Under the pieces are notes generated by a model, which ran no database searches, was not told the origin of the DNA, and saw nothing but the letters and a program-made list of their open reading frames with translations. From Eledone cirrhosa (taxonomy: Eukaryota): DNA of 64,000 nt. Below, piece after piece: positions 53,301 through 64,000 of this stretch. The stretch lies in the NCBI GenBank assembly GCA_964016885.1, contig OZ024748.1, forward strand, positions 38,502,001 through 38,566,000, in the 5' to 3' direction. The position numbers and the translations under genes were made by a program. Numbering within the stretch: the stretch's first letter is position 1; each line of letters begins with the position of its first letter.

Positions 53301-56300
53301 TGCTAGTGTTGGTACCACAGTGACTAAAACACCCTGTCCACCCAATATATTGCTAGTGTTGGTACCACAGTGACTAAAACACCCTGTCTACCCAATATAT
53401 TGCTAGTGTTGGTACCACAATGACTAAAACACCCTGTCCACCCAATATATTGCTAGTGTTGGTACCACAGTGACTAAAACACCCTGTCCACCCAATATAT
53501 TGCTAGTGCTGGTACCACAGTGACTAAAACACCCTGTCCACCCAATATATTGCTAGTGTTGGTACCACAGTGACTAAAACACCCTGTCCACCCAATATAT
53601 TGCTAGTGCTGGTACCACAGTGACTAAAACACCCTGTCCACCCAATATATTGCTAGTGTTGGTACCACAGTGACTAAAACACCCTGTCCACCCAATATAT
53701 TGCTAGTGTTGGTACCACAGTGACTAAAACACCCTGTCCACTCAATACATTGCTAGTACCACAGTGACTAAAACACGCTGTCCACCCAATATATTGCTAG
53801 TGTTGGTACCACAGTGACTAAAACACCCTGTCCACCCAATATATTGCTAGTGTTGGTACCACAGTGACTAAAACACCCTGTCCACCCAATATATTGCTAG
53901 TGTTGGTACCACAATGACTAAAACACCCTGTCCACCCAATATATTGCTAGTGTTGGTACCACAGTGACTAAAACACCCTGTCCACCCAATATATTGCTAG
54001 TGTTGGTACCACAGTGACTAAAACACCCTGTCTACCCAATATATTGCTAGTGTTGGTACCACAGTGACTGAAACACCCTGTCTACCCAATATATTGCTAG
54101 TGTTGGTACCACAGTGACTAAAACACCCTGTCAACCCAATATATTGCTAGTGTTGGTACCACAGTGACTAAAAGACCCTGTCTACCCAATATATTACTAG
54201 TGCTGGTACTACAGTGACTAAAACACCCTGTCCACCCAATATGTTGTTAGTTTTGGTACTACAGTGACTAAAACACCCTGTCTACCCAATATATTGCTAG
54301 TACCACAGTGACTAAAACACCCTGTCCACCCAATATATTGCTAGTGTTGGTACCACAGTGACTAAAACACCCTGTCCACCCAATATATTGCTAGTGTTGG
54401 TACTACAGTGACTAAAACGCCCTGTCCACCCAATATATTGCTTGTGTTAGTACCACAGTGACTAAAACACCCTGTCCACCCAATATATTGCTAGTGTTGG
54501 TACCACAGTGACTAAAACACCCTGTCCACCCAATATATTGCTAGTGTTGATACCACAGTGACTAAAACACCCTGTCAACCCAATATATTGCTAGTGTTGG
54601 TACCACAGTGACTAAAACACCCTGTCTACCCAATATATTACTAGTGCTGGTACTACAGTGACTAAAACACCCTGTCTACCCAATATGTTGCTAGTGTTGG
54701 TACCACAATGACTAAAACACCCTGTCTACCCAATATATTGCTAGTGTTGGTACCACAGTGACTAATACACCCTGTACACCCAATATATTGCTAGTGTTGG
54801 TACCACAGTGACTAAAACACCCTGTCCACCCAATATATTGCTAGTGTTGGTACCACAGTGACTAAAACACCCTGTCCACCCAATATATTGCTAGTGCTGG
54901 TACCACAGTGACTAAAACACCCTGTCCACCCAATATATTGCTAGTGTTGGTACCACAGTGACTAAAACACCCTGTACACCCAATATATTGCTAGTGTTGG
55001 TACCACAGTGACTAAAACACCCTGTCTACCCAATATATTGCTAGTGTTGGTACCACAGTGACTAAAACACCCTGTCCACCCAATATATTGCTAGTGTTGG
55101 TACCACAGTGACTAAAACACCCTGTCCACCCAATATATTGCTAGTGTTGGTACCACAGTGACTAAAACACCCTGTCCACCCAATATATTGCTAGTGCTGG
55201 TACCACAGTGACTAAAACACCCTGTCCACCCAATATATTGCTAGTGTTGGTACCACAGTGACTAAAACACCCTGTACACCCAATATATTGCTAGTGTTGG
55301 TACCACAGTGACTAAAACACCCTGTCTACCCGATATGTTGCTAGTGTTGGTACCACAGTGACTAAAACACCCTGTCCACCCAATATATTGCTAGTGTTGG
55401 TACCACAGTGACTAAAACACCCTGTCCACCCAATATATTGCTAGTGTTGGTACCACAGTGACTAAAACACCCTGTCCACCCAATATATTGCTAGTGTTGG
55501 TACCACAGTGACTAAAACACCCTGTCCACCCAATATATTGCTAGTGTTGGTACCACAGTGACTAAAACACCCTGTCTACCCGATATGTTGCTAGTGTTGG
55601 TACCACAGTGACTAAAACACCCTGTCCACCCAATATATTGCTAGTGTTGGTACCACAGTGACTAAAACACCCTGTCTACCCAATATATTGCTAGTGTTGG
55701 TACCACAATGACTAAAACACCCTGTCCACCCAATATATTGCTAGTGTTGGTACCACAGTGACTAAAACACCCTGTCCACCCAATATATTGCTAGTGCTGG
55801 TACCACAGTGACTAAAACACCCTGTCCACCCAATATATTGCTAGTGTTGGTACCACAGTGACTAAAACACCCTGTCCACCCAATACATTGCTAGTACCAC
55901 AGCGACTAAAACACCCTGTACACCCAATATATTGCTAGTGTTGGTACCACAGTGACTAAAACACCCTGTCCACCCAATATATTGCTAGTGCTGGTACCAC
56001 AGTGACTAAAACACCCTGTCCACCCAATATATTGCTAGTGTTGGTACCACAGTGACTAAAACACCCTGTCCACCCAATACATTGCTAGTACCACAGTGAC
56101 TAAAACACCCTGTCCACCCAATATATTGCTAGTGTTGGTACCACAGTGACTAAAACACCCTGTCCACCCAATATATTGCTAGTGTTGGTACCACAGTGAC
56201 TAAAACACCCTGTCCACTCAATACATTGCTAGTACCACAGTGACTAAAACACGCTGTCCACCCAATATATTGCTAGTGTTGGTACCACAGTGACTAAAAC

Positions 56301-59300
56301 ACCCTGTCCACCCAATATATTGCTAGTGTTGGTACCACAGTGACTAAAACACCCTGTCCACCCAATATATTGCTAGTGTTGGTACCACAATGACTAAAAC
56401 ACCCTGTCTACCCAATATGTTGGTACCACAATGACTAAAACACCCTGTCTACCCAATATATTGCTAGTGTTGGTACCACAGTGACTAATACACCCTGTAC
56501 ACCCAATATATTGCTAGTGTTGGTACCACAGTGACTAAAACACCCTGTCCACCCAATATATTGCTAGTGCTGGTACCACAGTGACTAAAACACCCTGTCC
56601 ACCCAATATATTGCTAGTGTTGGTACCACAGTGACTAAAACACCCTGTACACCCAATATATTGCTAGTGTTGGTACTACAGCGACTAAAACACCCTGTCC
56701 ACCCAATATATTGCTAGTGCTGGTACTACAGTGACTAAAACACCCTGTCTACCCAATATATTGCTAGTGCTGGTACTACAGTGACTAAAACACCCTGTCT
56801 ACCCAATATATTGCTAGTGCTGGTACTATAGTGACTAAAACACCCTGTCCACTCAATATATTGCTAGTGCTGGTACTACAGTGACTAAAACACTCTGTTC
56901 ACCCGATATATTGCTAATGTTGGTACCACAATGACTAAAACACCCTGTCTACCCAATATATTCCTAGTGTTGGTACCACAGTGACTAAAACACCCTGTCT
57001 ACCCAATATATTGCTAGTGTTGGAACCACAGTGACTAAAACACCCTGTCCACCCAATATGTTGGTAGTGTTGGTACCACAGTGACTAAAACACCCTGTCT
57101 ACCCAATATATTGCTAGTGTTGGTACTACAGCGACTAAAACACCCTGTCCACCCAATATATTGCTAGTGCTGGTACTACAGTGACTAAAACACCCTGTCT
57201 ACCCAATATATTGCTAGTGCTGGTACTATAGTGACTAAAACACCCTGTCCACTCAATATATTGCTAGTGCTGGTACTACAGTGACTAAAACACTCTGTTC
57301 ACCCGATATATTGCTAATGTTGGTACCACAATGACTAAAACACCCTGTCTACCCAATATATTCCTAGTGTTGGTACCACAGTGACTAAAACACCCTGTCT
57401 ACCCAATATATTGCTAGTGTTGGAACCACAGTGACTAAAACACCCTGTCCACCCAATATATTGCTAGTGTTGGTACTACAGTGACTAAAACACCCTGTCC
57501 ACCCAATATATTGCTAGTGCTGGTACTACAGCGACTAAAACACCCTGTCCACCCAATATATTGCTAGTGCTGGTACTACAGTGACTAAAACACCCTGTCT
57601 ACCCAATATATTGCTAGTGCTGGTACTATAGTGACTAAAACACCCTGTCCACTCAATATATTGCTAGTGCTGGTACTACAGTGACTAAAACACTCTGTCC
57701 ACCCAATATATTGCTAGTGCTGGTACTACAGTGACTAAAACACCCTGTCCACTCAATATATTGCTAGTGCTGGTACCACAGTGACTAAAACACCCTGTCC
57801 ACCCAATATATTGCTAGTGCTGGTACCACAGTGACTAAAACACCCTATTCACCCAATATATTGGTAGTGTTGGTACCACAGTGACTAAAACACCCTGTCC
57901 ACCCAATATATTGCTAGTGTTGGTACTACAGTGACTAAAACACCCTGTCCACCCAATATATTGCTAGTGCTGGTACCACAGTGACTAAAACACCGTATTC
58001 ACCCAATATATTGGTAGTGTTGGTACCATAGTGACTAAAACACCCTGTCTACCCAATATATTGCTAGTGTTGGTACTACAGTGACTAAAACACCCTGTCC
58101 ACCCAATATATTGCTAGTGTTGGAACCACAGTGACTAAAACACCCTGTCCACCCAATATGTTGGTAGTGTTGGTACCACAGTGACTAAAACACCCTGTCT
58201 ACCCAATATATTGCTAGTGTTGGTACTACAGCGACTAAAACACCCTGTCCACCCAATATATTGATAGTGCTGGTACTACAGTGACTAAAACACCCTGTCT
58301 ACCCAATATATTGCTAGTGCTGGTACTATAGTGACTAAAACACCCTGTCCACTCAATATATTGCTAGTGCTGGTACTACAGTGACTAAAACACTCTGTTC
58401 ACCCGATATATTGCTAATGTTGGTACCACAATGACTAAAACACCCTGTCTACCCAATATATTCCTAGTGTTGGTACCACAGTGACTAAAACACCCTGTCT
58501 ACCCAATATATTGCTAGTGTTGGAACCACAGTGACTAAAACACCCTGTCCACCCAATATATTGCTAGTGTTGGTACTACAGTGACTAAAACACCCTGTCC
58601 ACCCAATATATTGCTAGTGCTGGTACTACAGCGACTAAAACACCCTGTCCACCCAATATATTGCTAGTGCTGGTACTACAGTGACTAAAACACCCTGTCT
58701 ACCCAATATATTGCTAGTGCTGGTACTATAGTGACTAAAACACCCTGTCCACTCAATATATTGCTAGTGCTGGTACTACAGTGACTAAAACACTCTGTCC
58801 ACCCAATATATTGCTAGTGCTGGTACTACAGTGACTAAAACACCCTGTCCACTCAATATATTGCTAGTGCTGGTACCACAGTGACTAAAACACCCTGTCC
58901 ACCCAATATATTGCTAGTGCTGGTACCACAGTGACTAAAACACCCTATTCACCCAATATATTGGTAGTGTTGGTACCACAGTGACTAAAACACCCTGTCC
59001 ACCCAATATATTGCTAGTGTTGGTACTACAGTGACTAAAACACCCTGTCCACCCAATATATTGCTAGTGCTGGTACCACAGTGACTAAAACACCGTATTC
59101 ACCCAATATATTGGTAGTGTTGGTACCATAGTGACTAAAACACCCTGTCCACCCAATATATTGCTAGTGTTGGTACTACAGTGACTAAAACACCCTCTCC
59201 ACCCGATATTTTGCTAGTGTTGGTACGACAATGACTAAAACACCCTGTCCACCCAATATATTGCTAGTGTTGGTACCACAGTGACTAAAACACCCTGTCC

Positions 59301-61535
59301 ACCCAATATATTGCTAGTGTTGGTACCACAGTGACTAAAACACCCTGTCCACCCGATATGTTGCTAGTGTTGGTACCACAATGACTAAAACACCCTGTCC
59401 ACCCGATATATTGCTAGTGTTGGTACCACAGTTACTAAAACACCCTGTCCACCCAATATATTGCTAGTGTTGGTACTACAGTGACTAAAACACCCTGTCC
59501 ACCCAATATATTGCTAGTGTTGGTACCACAGTTACTAAAACACCCTGTCCACCCAATACATTGCTAGTGCTGGTACCACATTGACTAAAATACCCTGTCC
59601 ACCCAATATATTGCTAGTGTGTGTACCACAGTGACTAAAACACCCTGTCCACCCAATATATTGCTAGTGTTGGTACCACAGTGACTAAAACACCCTGTCT
59701 ACCCAATATATTGCTAGTGTTGGTACCACAGTGACTAAAACACCCTGTCCACCCAATTTATTGCTAGTGTTGGTACCACAGTGACTAATACACTCTGTTC
59801 ACCCAATACATTGCTAGTGCTGGTACCACATTGACTAAAATACCCTGTCCACCCAATATATTGCTAGTGTGTGTACCACAGTGACTAAAACACCCTGTCC
59901 ACCCAATATATTGCTAGTGTTGGTACCACAGTGACTAAAACACCCTGTCTACCCAATATATTGCTAGTGTTGGTACCACAGTGACTAAAACACCCTGTCC
60001 ACCCAATTTATTGCTAGTGTTGGTACCATAGTGACTAAAACACTCTGTCCACCCAATATATTGCTAGTGTTGGTACCACAGTGACTAAAACACCCTGTCT
60101 ACCCAATATATTGCTAGTGTTGGTACCACAGTGACTAAAACACCCTGTCCACCCAATTTATTGCTAGTGTTGGTACCACAGTGACTAAAACACTCTGTTC
60201 ACCCGATATATTGCTAATGTTGGTACCACAATGACTAAAACACCCTGTCTACCCAATATATTCCTAGTGTTGGTACCACAGTGACTAAAACACCCTGTCT
60301 ACCCAATATATTGCTAGTGTTGGAACCACAGTGACTAAAACACCCTGTCCACCCAATATGTTGGTAGTGTTGGTACCACAATGACTAAAACACCCTGTCT
60401 ACCCAATATATTGCTAGTGTTGGTACCACAGTGACTAAAACACCCTGTCCACCCGATATATTGCTAGTGTTGGTACCACAGTGACTAAAACACCCTGTCT
60501 ACCCAATATATTACTAGAGCTGGTACTACAGTGACTAAAACACCCTGTCCACCCAATATATTGCTAGTCTTGGTACCACAGTGACTAAAACACCCTGTCT
60601 ACCCAATATATTACTAGAGCTGGTACTACTGTGACTAAAACACCCTGTCCACCCAATATATTGCTAGTGCTGGTACTACAGTGACTAAAACACCCTGGCT
60701 ACCCAATATGTTGCTAGTGTTGGTACTACAGTGACTAAAACACCCTGTCTACCCAATATATTGCTAGTACCACAGTGACTAAAACACCCTGTCCACCCAA
60801 TATATTGCTAGTGTTGGTACTACAGTGACTAAAACACCCTGTCCACCCAATATATTGCTTGTGTTGGTACTACAGTGACTAAAACACCCTGTCCACCCAA
60901 TATATTGCTAGTGTTGGTACCACAGTGACTAAAACACCCTGTCCACCCAATATATTGCTAGTGTTGGTACTACAGTGACTAAAACACCCTGTCTACCCAA
61001 TATATTGCTAGTGTTGGTACCACAGTGACTAAAACACCCTGTCCACCCAATATATTGCTAGTGCTGATACCACAGTGACTTAAACACCCTGTCTACCCAA
61101 TATATTGCTAGTGTTGGTACTACAGTGACTAAAACACCCTGTCCACCCAATATATTGCTAGTGCTCGTACCACAGTGACTAAAACACCCTGTCCACCCAA
61201 TATATTGCTAGTGCTGGTACCACAGTGACTAAAACACCCTGTCCAACCAATATTTTGCTAGTGTTGGTACCACAGTGACTAAAACACCCTGTCAACCCAA
61301 TATATTGCTAGTGTTGGTACCGCAGTGACTAATACACCCTGTCTACCCAATATATTGCTAGTGTTGGTACTACAGTGACTAAAACACCCTGTCTACCCAA
61401 TATATTGCTAGTGTTGGTACTACAGTGAATAAAACACCCTGTCCATCCAATATATTGCTAGTGCTGGTGTCGTGAGTAAAACACCCTGTCCACCCCAATA
61501 CGTTGGTAGTGCTCGTACCACAGTGACTAAACTAC
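47365..61535. repeat. Intronic 50-bp satellite, about 14.2 kb (roughly 280 copies)
   Basis: TAAAACACCCTGTCCACCCAATATATTGCTAGTGTTGGTACCACAGTGAC, with occasional 44-bp deletion variants; homogeneous centre and diverged edges. Confidence 0.98.
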
Positions 61536-61594
61536 CCAATCTGGCCTGTAGGGTCGACATGTTGCTCTATCTATTTTGAGCCTGGATGCTTATC

Positions 61595-61730
61595 AGGCCG
61601 GTGCTTATCCCGGTTTCCATAGTGTTAAGCAACTGAGACAAAACGCCAGTCCATCACAGGACTAAACTGTCATCTGAGTATACTGGAGTAACGTGAAATG
61701 AAGAGTTTTGCTGAAGAACACAACATTAAA
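61595..61730 (-). mobile_element. Old CORE-like SINE remnant
   Basis: Reverse complement GTTGTGTTCTTCAGCAAAACTCTTCATTTCAC; similar remnant near 37030-37150. Confidence 0.5.
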
Positions 61731-61799
61731 GGCCATAATAAATACTGCCAAGCATGTTGTCTGATGATCTACCGCTTTTGACAGTCCAATAATAATAAT

Positions 61800-61977
61800 T
61801 GTTTCTACTTTAGGCACAAGACCAGCAATTACCCAGTGCATTACTGGTATTTTATTTTATCGACCTTGTAAGGATGAAAGGCAAAGTCAACCTCGGCGGG
61901 ATTTGAACTCAGATCGTAAAGGGACGTAACTATGCTGGAAAGCATGGCGTCCGACCCTCTACCGATACTGCCAATCC
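61800..61977 (-). mobile_element. tRNA-derived SINE with apparent 19-bp TSD
   Basis: ACAGTCCAATAATAATAAT at 61781-61799 and 61978-61996. Confidence 0.9.
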
Positions 61978-62051
61978 ACAGTCCAATAATAATAATGGTG
62001 CCTGAAAGTGTTGAAGACATGATGGTGATAATGGAGTTGTTTGTATTTCAG

Positions 62052-62154
62052 TTTTGAATCTTGGTTTGACATAGAACGCATTGGACAAGAGAATGCTGAG
62101 GAAGAAATTGTTGCTAGTGAAGAGAAAGACCATATTTTATCAATGCTCCACCAA
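62052..62154 (+). CDS. HELLS: HELLS exon (SFESWFD...ILSMLHQ)
   Basis: HELLS-typical FESWFD and LHQ; phase 2 to 0, joins the exon ending at 47290. Confidence 0.96.
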
Positions 62155-62161
62155 GTAAGTA

Positions 62162-62420
62162 TGGCACCATTTAAACATGTCTTTAAGTCTGAGAGGGGAA
62201 AGTTTAGGGCTTATGGTGCCATCTACCAATGTCTTTAAGTCTGAGAGGTGAAAGTTTAGGGCTTATGGTGCCATCTACCAATGTCTTTAAAGGCTGGGAG
62301 GGGAGAGTTTAGGACTTGTGGTGCCATCTACCAATGTCTTTAAAGGCTGGGAGGGGAGAGTTTAGGACTTGTGGTGCCATCTACCAATGTCTTTAAAGGC
62401 TGGGAGGGGAGAGTTTGGGA
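62162..62420. repeat. About 50-57-bp tandem repeat
   Basis: GGTGCCATCTACCAATGTCTTTAA units repeated. Confidence 0.8.
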
Positions 62421-62716
62421 TATTTCCTCTTCTATTTTCTGATCTTCTGATACTCTTGGGTGACATACATTTAATTATTAATATCCTGTACCACATGAAA
62501 CCACATAAGCAAGACATTCTTGAAAAGTAACAAAACAACGTTACGATTACATCACATCCATTATTCTAATACTGCAGGTTTTCACAACAATCTGTCCATT
62601 AGTAAAGATACTATAAACATTTGAATTAACAAACCTGTTTTTAAATTTTTTCTGGTAAATTATTACAGGATGTTAATGTTAATGGCAATATGATGATGAT
62701 GATGTGTTCTTTTCAG

Positions 62717-62875
62717 ATTCTCACTCCTTTCATGCTGCGACGTCTCAAATCTGATGTAGAATTGGTGATACCACCCAAGAAAGAGGTCCTTGTCTTCTGT
62801 CCTCTCAGCAAACTTCAGCAGACTTTCTACAAAGCAACATTGGATAACACCATCGAAGACTTGCTGTATAAAAAG
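62717..62875 (+). CDS. HELLS: HELLS exon (ILTPFMLRRLKSDVELVIPPKKE); gene continues beyond the window
   Basis: SNF2 LRRLKxDV..PPK motif; CAG/GT boundaries; 53 codons. Confidence 0.96.
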
Positions 62876-62934
62876 GTTGGTTAACCTTCATTTCTGAAAC
62901 CTTCTCGTGTTAGACCTGGCAAATCACATTGGAA

Positions 62935-63142
62935 TGATTGCTGGGTGAAGAAGTGCCAGGAAATCCCAATAGAAGGAAGCCCAGGAAAGACCTGGGCAGA
63001 GGTGAGAGCTGATTTCAGGTGTCTGAGAGACTCCCAGAGGAGATGACGAAGGAATGTGACGAGTGGAGAGATGCTGTGCTGAAAAAGACATGTCCAACCC
63101 ATGCAAACATAGAACAGCAGGCGTAAAAACGATGATGATGAT
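62935..63142 (+). mobile_element. RTE LINE 3' fragment
   Basis: CWVKKCQEIPIEGSPGKTWAEV, then AACCCATGC...CGTAAAAAC(GAT)n. Confidence 0.75.
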
Positions 63143-63526
63143 ATCTCTTACGTTTTTCTATCTTTGGAGGAATAGTAAAATGTGTTTACATTTCATACAT
63201 TAGTTTATTTCACAGCAAAGTTTTCTAATTAAAAGGTGATAATTATGTATCTTAAAGTCTTCAAATGTATGTTTGCTCATAAATATTCCTTATTTAATTA
63301 ATTACATTGTTAATTGTAAAGCTCATTAGGCAAAACAAACTGACCATTTCAGCTATTTACTGTATTCTCTATGATATGTATACTGTTACTATAACAATAT
63401 TACAGGGAATTATAACAGTAGGCGATGACACACGACCGTGACCTCTGGCGTCGCGCAGTAATACAGAGTACTCGACCTCCCATGGGTACAAGCTGAAGCA
63501 TATAGACAATATGCCCCCACACCCTC

Positions 63527-63800
63527 CCACTGCAAAGTGGTCGTGGAGGTGCCACGGCAAAAAAGCACCCAGCCCACACTGTAAAGTGGACGTGTAGGCG
63601 CCACGGAAAAAAAGCACCCAGCACTCACTGTAAATGAGGTTGGTGTTAGGAAAGGCATCCAGTTGTAGAAATCAAGCCAAAATCAGTTCCTGTATGAGCA
63701 AGGCATGGTCAGCCGACCAGACACTGCCCACAACAGGACAACCCGTCTAACCCATGCTAGCATGGAAGAACGGACGTAAAACGGTGATGATGATGATGAT
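63527..63800 (+). mobile_element. SINE with internal 49-bp tandem repeat and RTE-type tail
   Basis: CCACGG(C/A)AAAAAAGCACCCAGC at 63552 and 63601; tail AACCCATGCTAGCATGG..GGACGTAAAACG(GAT)n. Confidence 0.82.
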
Positions 63801-64000
63801 TTTCTAATGCGGTCACAACAATGTCTGAGATACACAAGGATAATCTGTTATATTGTTTTGTGTATGGTAAAGTAGCTGAAAGTGTTTATATATAATTCAT
63901 ACTTCATTTATTCCACATCAAAGGCTGCTAATTCAAACATGGCTGTTGTATCTACCTTAAGTTTACCATATATGTCATCAAGTTTGTATTGACTAACAAG

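Noticed and set aside
47365-61535. CRISPR-like regular repeat with internal palindromes (CAATATATTG, TGGTACCA)
   Set aside because: No unique spacers, no cas genes; it is a head-to-tail satellite in a eukaryotic intron
63415-63525. GC-rich segment upstream of the SINE considered as an HDV-like or twister ribozyme
   Set aside because: Only a short hairpin could be formed; the required pseudoknots and conserved nucleotides were not found by eye

Overview
Eukaryotic, repeat-rich animal DNA. The SINE families, (TA)n/(CA)n load and intron style suggest an octopus or other coleoid, which is an inference. Layout: (1) 1-23.4 kb is an almost G-free 25-30 bp satellite with higher-order duplications and two identical SINE insertions. 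(2) 25.1-31.0 kb is a full-length but inactivated Tx1/L1-clade LINE on the minus strand, sitting in a (TAA)n tract. (3) 31.5-36.7 kb holds a cluster of long (TA)n-flanked palindromes, one with two inverted type I hammerhead ribozyme motifs, plus a solo LTR, a 5'-inverted RTE insertion and a probable cell-cycle promoter. (4) 38.3-62.9 kb holds 13 phase-compatible coding exons of HELLS/LSH (SNF2 ATPase), continuing past the window. Its introns contain a tRNA-Phe pseudogene fused to a SINE, a non-autonomous Helitron, several minisatellites and a 14 kb 50-bp satellite that appears to derive from a SINE internal repeat. All calls were made by eye; no searches were run.
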